A stretch of 64,000 nt of DNA, from the NCBI RefSeq assembly GCF_009914755.1, contig NC_060946.1. The stretch is one strand, 5' to 3'. The notes under the pieces are model-generated. The model saw only the letters and a program-made list of their open reading frames with translations. It had not been told where the DNA came from and ran no database searches. Positions 30,611 through 47,317 of the stretch are shown here, piece by piece; position 1 is the first letter of the stretch, and every line of letters begins with the position of its first letter. Origin of the DNA: the human T2T-CHM13v2.0 reference genome, Homo sapiens. The translations under genes were made by a program, and so were the position numbers.

Positions 30611-33600
30611 CTACTCTCCTTTTCTCTCTTTCACTTTGGGTGGGGTGTTCACAGCCTCGGGCTGTATCTAGTCTAGAGGACTGCAGAGCTGGTGCCATGC
30701 CCATTTTCTGAATTCTACTTTATTCTTTCTGTTCTTCACTGTTCACTCACAACAGTACTTTATGCACATTGTGCACTTAATAAGATGCGAGGCACCACGC
30801 TGAGTGCTTTCTAGACATCAGGGTATTTGAGACTTATGTTTGCCCTTCAGGGAGAATATTCTGATTTCCATTATTCAGATGAGAAAAATAAGCCTCTGAA
30901 AGGCCAACTCATTTGCCCAAATTCATAGAACTACTAACTGAGAACCCAAAGCAGAAACTATTAATGGTGACACGATTTTCTCTCTGAAGTTTCAGTTCAT
31001 GTCTATTGGAATAGGCATTTTCATTAACCTCTTCAGCAGTAGCTCCTGGTAGATTTGCTATTGGGTTTCACATCACATGGAACCAGGTTTGTGAAGAAGG
31101 TGTGAAGGTTGAGGAGATATCTGAGTCAGAAGAAAGCATTCATCCGAATGACTCATAGTTTGCAGTCACAGAAATGTAGTCAAAATTCCTCGCCAACAGA
31201 ATTAGATCCTGTGTCTTTAAAACCCTTCTCATCTTCCCAAATTCCAAAGTAATGAACATTCAGATGAAACTCCTTAAGATATGAGGCAGATAATTCCTTT
31301 TTGTAGGAAGTATGTACTGGTGATTTTTGAAGAAAGGCGGCCTCCCAAACCCATCTCAGATGTATTTTGCCCCACACTTGGAGATAAATATTATTTCTTA
31401 TGTTGAAGTTTAACCCTAATCAAGCTAGTGTTTCCAGCCAACCCACCCTCACTGTGCTTTGAAAGACTGTTGTGTGCCTCTCTAGCTTCCAGGACACAAA
31501 GGGCTAATAAGCCATAGCCTGAGTGAGTTTTTATAGAAAATATTCTTTCTTTTTCAGTCTGTTAAAGTTTGGAGAAGGTGATGAGGAAGATCTATTTGCT
31601 GCTTTATCTCAGTGTATTCAGTGCAAATGTTCAGCACCTGAAGAGACATTTAATACCTGACACCATGTTGGTGCTATATTTTGGCTGCCATTATTATCAT
31701 GGAAATTGCTTGGCAACTGGAAGGAAACAAAAAAGGACTTTGATTCACATGGCTGATTCCAGATTCTTAGTCTTTGGACATTTTTATACATTAATTATTG
31801 AGTTCGTTTGGCATTGTGTTTCTGCAGTCATTTAAGTTCTGATGAGCAAAACCTCTAGAGTGAAGTTCAAGTTTGTGCGCACAATTCTCTGCACTTCTCA
31901 GCCTGGTCTGAACCCCTGGGAAAACTGTGCCATAGTAGGAATTGCCTTTGATTGGCTCCTTTCCCTATAATTGATCAATTCACAGCAAGATTCATTTTTG
32001 TGTCTGTTTATCATTCTTGTGGATTTGGAAAGTAATCAGGCATTAGCTGGCAAAAAGTTAAGGTTTATAGTAGGACTTGTTTAAAACAGATGTTTATAGT
32101 GGACTTTCAGGTGACATGACAGGTGAGGAAGAATGATTTGTGAAAAAGAAAATATGTTGAAGATTGGGCTCTGCCACTCTGCCATCTATGGTGATTGAAA
32201 GTTTTTCTAATGAATCAAATTTGCCATGCAAATATGTTTGTAAAGTATGCAGTGATCATTATTTCAGGTTATGGTAGGATAAAGTTCCAAGCTTTCTGGA
32301 GTCCAGCTGTGGGTAGAGTGAAATACTAAGGGACAGTGCCTGCTAGGTTTGGTGTACCTACCAAACCAACCTCAGGTTTCCAGGTGGAATGTAATGCTGG
32401 GAAAATGTAGGCATTCTTTTTATCTAATTTTAGTAATATAACTGAAGACAAAGTCTTTCTAGCTATAGGAGCAGAAGAGCAGGTTGAAGAGAGAGAATTG
32501 AACTGAAGCCTAACCCAGTAGCTTTCCTGTTTTATAACCTTTAATAGAGACACATTTCTTTATTCTTGCAAATATCTTCTGAAAAATAATAGATTCATGG
32601 AGTAAGGCTACGTTACTGGCTTAAGGTTCTACAGCTAGTGATTTCCAGGGCAAGTTCAAATCTGGGCAATCTAGCAACTGAAATAAGGTATTGCATTTAA
32701 AGAGAAAGTTATCCTAATTAGAAGATACACCTAGCTAAATGTTTGACATATTTATTAATGTAAATAAATTTAATAAAACACACTTTCTGGTGTTCCAGAT
32801 ACCATAAAGACATCTAATTCTACATAGGAAATGTTAGGGCTGGGTAGAAATTCCCAGAACATCTAACTAAATTACTTCATTTCATAGATTAAAAACAAAC
32901 AAACAAAACAAACAAACAAACACCATCAGAGAGGCAGAGAAGAGAAGCAATCCACCCAAGGCCCTCCCAGTTAATAGGCTGCAGAGGTGGAGGTTTTTCA
33001 TCTTCCATTGCAGTGGACCATCCTTTTCTCAAAATGCAACCCACAGGGCTTTTCAGATGCTGACATATGAAATAATGGAAGCATAATTTTGAAACGCAAA
33101 GTATTTTAGATTATGTGTACTACAAATATCCTTGGTTGTAAAATTGGGGTCACTTACTTGGGAGAATATTGAGGGGTTGAAAAATGCCTCTTCATGGGAT
33201 ATGAAAAATACTTTGAAGCAACGGAGATGCTTCACATCTAAACCTACCATTCATCCATCCATTCATTCATCTATACATTCACATCCTAAATTCTTTTCTT
33301 TCCGTCTCCAACATCCTATCAATTAATATGTTTGATATTGTAGTTCCCACCTCTTTAATATATTTTGCATCTACCGTCTCATCTCAATCACCACTGCCCC
33401 CACCTACAGCTCCCAAATTTACCCCAAGTCAGGGCAGCATCTCAGTTCCCCTGACCATACACTGCATTCTAACTAATTGCCCTGACTCCAGTTTGACTAT
33501 ACTGCAATAGTCAAACCTGCAGAAGAGTCAACCTGCTCTTCTGCAATGTCATTCCCTAGATTAAAATCCTTCTAGGCTTCACCATAGTTGCAAGATAATG

Positions 33601-33829
33601 GTAATTTCCTATTTTTAGCATAGTAGGCTCTCTATGACCTCTTCCACCAACTTTATTTCCTTTCACTGTCCCTACCTCCCATCCCTACCACCACCTGTTA
33701 ATTCAGAACATATCTGATACACATGTGCTGTCAATAAATGTTTGCTGAATTGGTGAATGGACAGCTACAACAACCCACTTGCCCTTCCCTGAATGTGCCA
33801 TTTGCTCAAGGCTTTAATGACAACAATTG

Positions 33830-34060
33830 AAGTAATAGTAAAAGCGGCTACTAATATTGGGTGCTTATGTTAGACCAGGAACTATGTAGATAATCTCATT
33901 TGATATTCTCAATACCCATAAAGTAGTTTCTACTGTTTCCCTGTTTTTACAGATGAGAGAACTGAGATAACCAGGTAACTAGATAACTCTCCAGCTGGGA
34001 AATGTGAAGCTGGATTTGTGTCTCAGCCTTTCTGACCTCAGAGCCACCAGTATTCATCAT
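33830..34060 (-). mobile_element. MIR
   Basis: ttttacagatgagagaactgag...tctgacctcagagcc. Confidence 0.75.
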
Positions 34061-34144
34061 CATTATGCTTACCACTTTACTACTTCTATCCCTTAGAATA
34101 TTCTTTCCTCAGTGCTTGAAATCCCAATCTCCCTTTTTATCTGA

Positions 34145-34612
<468 letters not shown>

Positions 34613-34898
34613 AGTGCCCAGCTTTTTACTTGTCTTTTAAACCCTAGGTCAAATATTACCTCCTGTGATCCTTGTATGTCTTCCCTCTTTTTCTGTTTGT
34701 TCTAGGTTCCCCTCTTCTGTTTTTCAAGCACCAGCTATCCACAGTCTGTAAACCCCCATAAAATTGCCCAGTATGATTCAGTCTCCTACTTTTACAGATG
34801 AGGAGACTGAGGCTCAGAGCAGGGAAGAGACCAGCCCATGAACAAGTTCCAAGTGAGACGCAAACTCGAACTAAAATCCAGGTTTCCCAAAGCCCAGT

Positions 34899-35315
34899 TG
34901 TGTTAGGCCATTCTTGCATTGCTATAAAGAAATACCTGAGACCAGTTAATTTTAAAAGAAAAGAGGTTTAATTGGCTCACGGTTCTGTGGCTGTACAGGA
35001 AGCAAAACACAGGCATCTCCTTCTGAGGACTACTCAGGAAGCTTCCAGTCATGATGGAAGGTGAAGGGAGAGCAAGCATCTCACGTGGCAGGAGCAGGAG
35101 CGAGACAGAGATGTGGGAGGTGCCACACACTTTAAAATGATTAGATCTTGCAAGAACTCACTCATTATTTTAAGGCAGTACCAGAAGGATAGTCCTAAAC
35201 CATCCATGAGAAATCTACCTCCATAATTCAGTCACCTCCGCCAGGCCCCACCTCTAACACTGGGGATTACAATTCAACATGAGATTGGATGGGGACACAG
35301 ATCCAAACCATGTTA
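34899..35315 (-). mobile_element. MSTA solo LTR inserted in a MIR
   Basis: tgtgttaggccattcttgcattgctataaagaaatacctgagac...acagatccaaaccatgtta; 5-bp TSD ccagt/ctagt. Confidence 0.92.
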
Positions 35316-35394
35316 CTAGTCCATTTCACCACTACACAGGCCTTTTCCATATTCTTGCTGATTTTCATAATAGTTGGTAAAATTCTCTCATAGA

Positions 35395-35620
35395 GTAGCT
35401 GTGTAACCTTGGGCAAGATGCTTGATCTCTCTGAGACTCACTTTCCTCATTGAAATTGCTCCTCATGATATTGTTTATACAAAAGTTTGTTGTGATAATT
35501 AATTGAGAGAAACTGCATAAGGTGTTTAGTGCAGTGGTCTGCTGCACTGTACAACTCCAGGGGCACCATTCCCATTGGATTCCTACATGATTGTCCTGCT
35601 CAATAAATAGTACTTCAATC
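35395..35620 (+). mobile_element. MIR containing a MER91A-like fragment (~35530-35580)
   Basis: tagctgtgtaaccttgggcaag; tgcactgtacaactccaggggcaccattc. Confidence 0.6.
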
Positions 35621-37288
35621 ATTGTTTTTTTATTTTCTAAGAGATGCTTCTCTTATGTACCTCCTTGCCTAGGTTTTCCCCCACTGTGGCTTCTTGTTCC
35701 CTATGTGAAGGCTGGATGCCTTGTGAGGTAGGAGGGCTAGCTGACTCTGCTCTCCTGGTTTCTGACCAGCAGTCTGGTGAAAACACCAGTCAAACCAGTG
35801 TTTTTACCATTGGGCTACTCAGCTAAACTGATCTGGACTTCCTAACCTCTGAGTATTCCCTATACAGCTACTGGCTGTAAAAGCGACTGGAAATCTAGCA
35901 ACCCTGAACTAATGAAAGAAATACAGTGTCAGATGGCTTTCAAATTTAAAGGGCAAATGCTACTTTGAAGAAAGGTCTCTTGATGAGGTTGTTCTTTCAT
36001 TTAAAACAGAATGTGGATGCAATCACCTGGAACATCAGTAGAGAAGTCCTGGGTATGAGGATGATAGTCCTTAGATTTGAGGGAGTATTAAGTCCTTTAG
36101 GAGCAGGCAATATTATGAGGCTGTATCCAAAGTGAGTTTTGGAATTGAATTTGGAGGGCTGTGATGATGAGCTGTTAAAACTGGAAAGACTCGAGATAGA
36201 TTCAATCTGGATTTCCTAGTTTGTGCTTGTGTCATGTTTCACAAATTACTTGGTACTTCTAAGGCTCAGGATCCTCATTTATAAAATGAGAATATTCACA
36301 ATACCTAAGTTGGAGGATTATTCATTTGTTATTAGGTAAATATTTATCAAGCACCTATGATATGCCCGTCCTAGATGTTGGGACAACATCATTGTGAAGA
36401 ATCAAATGAGCTAATATAAGGCAAACACTTTGCCCAGTGCTTGCATTCAATAAAGTGTGCAATAAATGGCAGCTATTTGTATCACATTTTCTTATTCACT
36501 AAACTGAACCACGATGTATTTTGAAGGCTGTCCCCTTCCCATGCATGATATGCAGGATCCTTGTAATTTCAATAATTGCCTGATCCATAGAACTAGAATA
36601 CGGGGGAAGGGAAGAAATCCAAGCACCAAAATGCTGAGCTAAAGGTCACAAGATATCAAAAGCTTTCAGGGGATGATGGAAGGCTGTCCCCTGAGACACG
36701 GCTTCCTAAATTAGGGACGAAGGTCTCAGTGGCAGGCTGATTTCTTTCATCTCTTAATATTGTGTTTTCCAGCTCCTTTTAATGGGCTGTGTTGAGGAAG
36801 GGCATAAAATAGGACAAGAATCAGACAGTATGCAGGAAGGGTTTTTTCTCATTAAAAAAAAAAAAAAATCAACCTTGCTCAAGAAGTCAATTTTCTAAAA
36901 TATAGGTGGTAAATTCTACAATGTATCTATATCTATGATAACCCTGATGAAGACATGTTTCTCCAGGTCCCTAAGGGCTGGGCTCGTATGAAGAAAATCC
37001 TAGTGTCAGACATAGAGAACACTAAAGACACCAAATGCCCATCTAGAAACCGCATTGCAGGTCAGTGGGGAGGAGACAGGAGAATCATTTCAGGGATGTT
37101 CCACAGTCCAGACACTGTGCTAGAGATTAGGGATAAGAGGGTGATGAGAGATAGGTAAGGTCTCTGCCTTCATGGAACCCATAGTGAGGTGCAAGACACA
37201 AGACAGAGGTAAGCACACTAACTAGTTACAAATTGTGTCTGCAGGGATCAAGAGGAAACCACCACTTTAGATGGGGGAGTGGGGCTCA

Positions 37289-37998
<710 letters not shown>

Positions 37999-40063
37999 CA
38001 CTGGAGGATTCTAAGCAGGGAGTTGACTTACTTTGGTTTATGTTTTAAGGAGATAGCTTAGGCTACTGTGTGAGAATGATCAGAGTAGGCTAAGACTGGC
38101 AATGGAGGACCAGTTAGAAAGAAGGCCTGGGCAGAGGAATAAGTGAAAGATGTGGGGTGTGGCACTGGCAGCGAGGATGGGAGAAATGAATGGGTATGGG
38201 ACCCAGGGTTGGATGGGAAACAAGGAAAGAGTGAGGGAAAAGAAAATGATGCCCCCTAAACATGGAACTGGCAGTAGAACAAATGCTAGTGATGTTAGCT
38301 GAGACGAGGAAGACTGGTAAGGGGAGCCAAGGGTGGGAGAGGTGTAGGGAGAAAATAAAAGGTTCAGTTTCAAACATGCAAGTCAATGTGTGATGCCTTG
38401 AATTTTTTAGATAACATTCTATGTAAATAAAATTGATCATTATTACTACTGGAAGAGAGCCTCAATTAGGGGCCTGTTCAGATTTAATACTTCTTTCCAA
38501 CTCATATCCTTTTAACTAGAAGGAAGTAGTAGTATTAAACATTATTGAAAAGTCAAATGCTAGATTGGATTCTTGTTAATTGGATTCTATTAATTGGGTT
38601 CAATCAATAGGATGGCTTTTCGCAATGGAAAATGTGCTGTAGTACAGCAAATATTTGAAGAGATGAACTCTCTGGATTGCACCCTGAAAAGGGAAATCAA
38701 GCAATGACACACAAATCACAGCCCGGGAAGCACCCAGCCAGACGTTGTACAGGGCTCTGCTTCTTATTGGCTAGAGATCTTTGGGCTCAATTTCCTTACC
38801 TGCAAAGTGGAGACAAGAACACATCTTTCAGAGTGTGCCAATTACATGATGTGACATAGTTTATAAAGTGCCTGGTGCTTGGCATGTAAATCTTGTTTCT
38901 TTACTCCCCCTCTGGAAGATTTCCTTGGTTAACAACAGCAACCTCTTGCGTTTTAAAAACACTTTTTAATTTTTGCAGTGCTTACATGTACAGTCTAATT
39001 TTCTCAGAAATCAGAATAAAATTGAAGTATTTTTATTCTCTTCAAAGTGAGAGAAAACTTCAGAACATAATTAAGTGATCTGAATTGACTTAATTTGGTA
39101 TGGAATTGAGGGCTCTCAGCATGGGCTGATATCCTTGACCATCACATTAACCTGCATAGACTCAGAATCTCATGATCCCAATGCTTCACTACCCAGGCAT
39201 CTTAATGTCCTCACTGACCTTTTGCATTGAACTCTCTGTTTATCTCATCATCAATTAGTGGCTTCTCACCCACTTTGGACAGAACATAGGGCAGGGAGTG
39301 TCACATGCCCTACACTCAGCCTTTATTACGAGGCAGCTGGTCTGGGGTTGCCATCACTGTGCTAGGGCTCAGGTGACCCCTTCACCTTCTCCTGGGATTC
39401 CTCTGTCCCTCTAATTTTCTCCACCTTTCCTTCTGGACCATCAAAAGCCAAAGCTGCACAGGTAGGTCTTGCTGCACAGGTAGATGCGCACACCTTGTCA
39501 TACTGCCTGCCTTCATGGACACTCGCAAAACTCTGCTTGTCTTTGGAGTGTGTATTTCCCCAACTCTCAAGCAGATGACCTTCCTCTTAATTTGACTGAG
39601 GAATTGGAGGTCATTTTATCAGAGCTCCCCAACCCTCTGTTTCCCTGTCATTCATTCATTACCTTCTTTATCCTTTCAATCATTCCTTCAGTTACTCAAA
39701 TATTCAGTAGCCTGCCTCTCTCCCACCATCATACCTTTCCCCCTCATTCTCATTCTCTCACAAGAGGTAGGCAGGGTCTTTAGAGCTACAGTTTTTGAAA
39801 GTGACAGACAGGTAGCTCTCGACTGGCATTTTCTGGGTTGGATACATACCAACAAATCCTTAAGGTTGAGGTTCATTCTTCTAGTTACTGAACCCACTTA
39901 CCCTTCACCAGCAAGTACAATTATTATCTAGAGTAGAGTTGATTTGGCTCCAATAATGGGGCCTCAGAAATCATCTTGTGCACTGTGTCCCATCCCAGAA
40001 ATGAAAAAATGGAGGCCCAGAAGGCTGAGCTGGCTCCTTGAGGTCAGCAGTGTGACATAGTGA

Positions 40064-40481
<418 letters not shown>

Positions 40482-40938
40482 TTTCTGAACCTCTTTTCTT
40501 ATTGAAACGCAAGACAATAGTACTTATCTTGCAGAGTTGTTGTAAAGAGTTATTCTAAAGAGTGGTTCTAGAGAGCCTAGTGCATTACCTTACAAAGAGT
40601 AGTTGCACTCTAAATGATGGCTATCATTAGCTGAGACCCAAACCCAGAAAGCCAAGCTCTTAGTCCAGCACTTTTCCATTACCCTGAGCTGATGCATACT
40701 CAGACTATAAGGTTTAGCTCTGAGGTCTTTTTTCTGCAAAGGCTTCTAGTATTTCCCCCTCAGAGTTAATCTCACCTTTCTTTTTGGCTTATGGGGTTTT
40801 CCTTTTACCTCTTTTTTTTTTGGCAGTCATTTTCTTCTGCCTTGTATTATAAGTACCTGTGTACCCTTCCGTCTCCTTCCCTAGATTGCATAGCTTGAGG
40901 GCACAGTAGTGTCTATAGATTTTTGTGTCTCTTTAACA

Positions 40939-41120
40939 CAGTAATCCTCAAACTCCAAAGAAGATGAAAAATTCCCAGGGAGGTTTGTTAAAAATGCAAA
41001 TTACTCAGTCCTACCTCTAAAGCGCTGATTCAATAGGACTGGTCCATGAATGTGGATTTTTAACAAATAAAGTGTGGGTGATTCTGATGTAGGTGAATCA
41101 CAGCACTTGGGGAATTATAG
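40939..41120. mobile_element. MER5B-like MITE
   Basis: cagtaatcctcaaact...gttaaaaatgcaaatt...ggtgattctgatgtagg. Confidence 0.65.
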
Positions 41121-41191
41121 CTCATCTACCTATTTTAGCATATACTGGGTTCTCCGGAAATCTTCATTAAGTGAATTATAATAAGGTGTAC

Positions 41192-42080
41192 TATATCATT
41201 TATCTATTGCTACATAATAAATTACCTCTAAAACTCAGTTGGAGGATTTTAAGCATGGGAATGGTATAATCTTATTGAAAGTTCACTCTAGCTGCTATAT
41301 AAAGTGTAGGTAATGGAAACAAGAGGAGAAAGAGAGGAATCAATCAGCAGGATATTGCAGCAATCCAGGTGAGAGGTGATGCAAGAGCTGATGGAGCCTC
41401 AGCTGAGGTAGTTGCAGCAGAGGTGGCCTAAAACAACAATGCTTTATGATATGATTCCTCATGGTTCTGTGGGTTTCCTGTCTTGAGTATTTCTGTGGCT
41501 GGGCTGGGCTCCTGTGGCTACATTCAGCTGGAAGGTCAGCTGGGGCTGGATCAGCTGGGCCAGCTGAACTTCTCTCTCTATGGGGTCTTTCATCCTCTAA
41601 GAGGCAACACCCAGTTTCCTCACACGGTGGCAGCAGCATTCCAAGAGGACTAGTTTCTTTGCACAAGCATTTATCAAGCCTCTCCCTGTGTCGTATTTGC
41701 TGATATCTCATTGGCCAAAGCATGTCACATGGTCAGAGGTAATATGGGCGGGGACTATGAAAAAGTGTGACTAGTGGGAGACATGATTCATTGGTAGAGT
41801 TGCCAGAGAAAATACAAGATAACCAGTTGAATTTGAACTTCAGGTAAGTGAAGAATATATATTTTTAGTATAAGTATGCCCCATGCAACATTTTAAATAC
41901 ACATGCTAAAAATTGTTAATTTTTGTAGTATAAATATGTCCTGGGCAATATTTGGGACATACTTATACTAAAAATTATCCTTTGTTTATCTGGAATCAAA
42001 ATTCAACTAGTCATCTTATATTTTTATTTGCTAAGTCTGGCATCCCTATATTGGGAAATGTTCATATAATAATCCCTCAC
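41192..42080 (-). mobile_element. MLT1I/J-type LTR containing an L2 fragment and a MER53
   Basis: tatctattgctacataataaattacctctaaaactcagt...ggcctaaaacaac...cattggccaaagcatgtcacatgg. Confidence 0.7.
41795..42048. mobile_element. MER53 palindromic MITE with internal duplication
   Basis: Termini tagagttgccag...ctggcatcccta; core tagtataagtatgccccatgcaa / tattttgggacatacttatacta. Confidence 0.88.
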
Positions 42081-42399
42081 TTACACTATTGTCTTTTTTA
42101 ACCTTTAGTATGAAATTGCTGATTTGGACTTTTCTGCCTCAGTCTATTCCAAAAAAAGGAACACCACCCCCCCCTTTTTTTTGTTACCCAGGTGTATGAA
42201 GAAGTATAATGTTTTGAGTTCTCCTACTTGATGTTTTCTAGATTTTCTGAGGCACAGTCTCTCTTTTCTTACGTGTGGTATCTCACCTCTTGCATCTCTT
42301 CTCCTTGAGATCAAGTTTGCTCCTGCTGTCACTATCATCTCTAGTCTTCCTGAAGCAATTCTCTTCTGCTGGGGCCATACTTTCTTCTAGACACTGTCT

Positions 42400-43157
<758 letters not shown>

Positions 43158-43639
43158 ATCTAGAACAATCTGAATCAGCCCTCTCCTTTCTCTGGTGTTC
43201 TTCTGCCTTGTGTAACAGAAGCATCTCATTTCACTTTAAATTACCACTGATTAGCTACAGTTGAAAGCATCGCAAAACAATTATAAGTTGCACATTAAGA
43301 CTTTTAGAAAAATTAGTGGAAACTTTGGAGATATTAGCCAAAGAATGAAGTTGAGTACACAGTGAGTTTTTCTGTCCATTTGTTTTCTACCTATTTTAGG
43401 GACTGAGGCTTTCCAGCTTAAGCTCTCAAAATGAATGCAAACTGTGATCTGTAATTTTAGCTTACAATTATTGTTGAACCAAATTGTTCTTCTGCCTGAT
43501 ATGGTTATTGATTATCATATAGTTATTTACTCAACATCATTTCCTCTGCAAGTGCTTCCCTTGCTCTGTGAAGATGACGTCACTGATCGAATGTCCTTCC
43601 AGGAGGGGTGATTTGGACTTCTATGTCCTCTTCTATTCG

Positions 43640-44270
43640 GCTGCTGAAGCTCTTGGCTTCAGGATACCATCCTGTCCTGCGTAGACTCCTACCTCACTAG
43701 CTTTTTAATTGTCCTCTGCTGACTTATTATCCTCTGACTGGTTTCAAAATAATAGACTGCCCCTGGGCTTAGGTTAGGCTTCCTGTCTTGTTTGTATCCT
43801 TTCCTTGAGTGATCCAGTCCAAGCCTTTGTAAACTATGTATTTGGTGATAATGCAGAAATTATCTCTGATCCTGACCTTCCTGTGTTCCAGATTCCCATA
43901 CCCATTTGTCTTATTTCACATGTCCAATTCAGCAGCCTATGAACATCTCAAGTGTAACATCAGCAAAGTTATCACCTTTACTCTCCAGCTTTGTTGTTCT
44001 TCTAGACATCTCAATTTCAACAGATGTCAACATTATCCATACAGTAGCTCAAGCCAAAACAATTGGAAGACATTCCAAATTCCTTTATTCTCAGTTTAAG
44101 GGAACTTAACCCCCAACAAATGCAAATTCTGATGGCTAACCCTCCCTCCAGAACCTGACCACTGTTTAGCATCTCCACTGCCACTACCTCTGCTGAGCCT
44201 CCACCATCCCTAATATCACCTCTTACCTGAATTTCTGCAATAGACTCCTGACTGATTCTTCCCTGACTGA
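43640..44270 (+). mobile_element. L2 relic
   Basis: catctcaagtgtaacatc; ctccactgccactacc...ctgcaatagactcctgactg. Confidence 0.65.
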
Positions 44271-44599
44271 AAATAGGGGAGTTATCTGTTCAGGACTAAA
44301 ATTTGAGACAAGAGGTGGGAGAGGGGACTCTTTATGTCAGTTCCTGGAATAAGCAATTTGGAACCCGTAATAAGGACAGTAAAACATTGGATGCCCACCA
44401 TTCTGCTAAGTGCACTAAGAGTAGTCTCCAAATATAGAGATATGTGTGACTCATTTTTATGTCTGGGGCATTACCCTGGCCAAATTATTTCTCATATTCT
44501 ATTATTAGACAAAGAGAACTTTTAAATGTTTAGATTTTTCTGTCTTTGGTTACCTCTCTCAGTTGATCCTTTAGTTCCATTGCATAGTCCAATAGGAGT

Positions 44600-45057
44600 A
44601 TCAGTTCCAAGAGAAGTTCCTCTTCAAAGGTTTAGTTTGTTTAGTTTCTTGTTCTCTGCTTTCAAGATCCAACTTCCTTATCCTTTGTGCCTCTCTGCTC
44701 CTGGTTCCAGTAAGCAACTCTCCAAATGTTCCTTATCTATAGAGCCCACATCTGCTACTCACTCTATAATTTACCTCTCCCACTGTAATGGCTTTTTCCA
44801 CCAAAGCTGTCTTTCAGGTTAGCCAATCGGGTTCAGTTTAGATTGTGTGGTCCAACTCCAGCCAGTGGAGACAGGACACAGTAGTAGGGACAAGCTGCGT
44901 TAGGAATAAAAAAAACCCTTTCCCTCCTTTGTTTGGAGTGCTCTCATGGCAATCAGCCCTGCGAGAAGCACCCTTCTACAGAAGTAAATTTGCCTTGCTG
45001 AGAAATCTTTTGTTTGAGTGCTCATTTTCTTTGAGACTCTGAGCTTTACTTCCAACA
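44600..45057 (+). mobile_element. LTR10-family (HERV-I, ERV1) solo LTR
   Basis: ttagccaatcgggttcagtttagattgtgtggtccaactccagcc...gcacccttctacagaagtaaatttgccttgctgagaa...ttccaaca; 5' end approximate. Confidence 0.8.
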
Positions 45058-46382
45058 GAAAGAAGCTCTTTGGTTCCCATTTTTACCAGTCACCAGGCTG
45101 TTCTCTGAGTAACCTCTGAGTAATAAGGGGTTTACTGACATTCCAGCCACTAAGCTGCCTCTGTATGACAATTGAATTATGTCCTATAATTGCCCCCCAG
45201 GTTGAGGCCAGGTCTGGTCCTGGGTGGGTACCAGTATGTGTAGGTGGGAGGGGTGAAATGAGGCAAGAGAAAGGAGGGAGCCCAGGCCTGGGGTCATGGC
45301 TGCTGCTCAGCAGGGGTGAGGAGCAGGACAGCCTGGCAGGCAGCCAGGGCACCTCCCTCGCTGTAATTGCCAAGTATCAAGTGAATAAGCCCTTCCATCT
45401 GCTGGGAAGCATACATTTGACAAAGAGACTCAGGAGCGGGAGGATAAATGGTACCTGTGCAATGGAGGCAAGGAATGCTCATATAATCTATTGTTAAAAG
45501 GGACTTTTAAGATTCATCTATCCAGATAAATGCTCCTCATCTTGCTGTACTTGGAAAAAACCAAGGCTGTGGGAGGGAGGAGGACTGTCAAATTCACAGA
45601 GCTATCGAGTAGCAAGCTTAGACTCCTGCCTCCTTAGTGTAATTTAAGGAAAGCAAGAAGCATTGTGAAATGAGGATGGGATAGGATGCTAACTATATTC
45701 CAGAATGGTTAGGATGTTTGGTCTTGGTATGAGTCCTAGGCAGGCAATGATAAATTCCTCAGATCTTTGTTCCAGATCAAATCAGCCTGGACTTCCTACC
45801 TGAGTCATAGTTACGTCTATCCAGTTGCTTCTGTATCATTTCTGTGTGGCTTTTTCACAATTGCCTTGAGCTATTTGTGGTGGTCTGGCACCCAGCATTC
45901 ATTCCAAAGTCCTTCTAGAGTAACTTCCTATACTAGTGAGGCTGGAAAGCTAGCAATATATTATATTAATTATACTTCCCAGACTCCCTTGCAGCTGGCA
46001 TTGCAGTGAAATCAGGTTAAAAATCAGGTTCCTCCAATTATAGACACTTTCATGATATTTGGAAGGTAAAGGCCATCTTCCTGCTTCAGTAGCTGAGACG
46101 TTAGATTTTTCTTCTTAGGGGTTCCAGGCTCCTATCACCGCCTTCCAGGATGTGGAAAAGCTGTTGCTGCTGAAGTGGCAGCAAGAGTGGCTTCTCGATT
46201 CTTGGGTCACAATGACAATGGCATATTGTTAAAGTCAGTGGTCCTGGTTGTGGCCTCTGGATTTTCCAGGTTCCTGATTGTGGCAGAGGCAGAATTTCCC
46301 CCAGCAGGCAAATTCTCACTCATTGCTAGAGGCTGAGCATGGGGCTTGTTTCCTCAGTCCTTCCAGTAATTTTCTAAGTACC

Positions 46383-47229
<847 letters not shown>

Positions 47230-47317
47230 ACACATAATTCTGGGAATTACATCCATTACTGCTTAAAATAGCTAGAGTGGTTTCTGTTGCCTGCAATTGA
47301 GCCTTGCCTATGATACA

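Noticed and set aside
39453-39483. 13-bp direct repeat gctgcacaggtag
   Set aside because: Trivial microduplication with no further structure.
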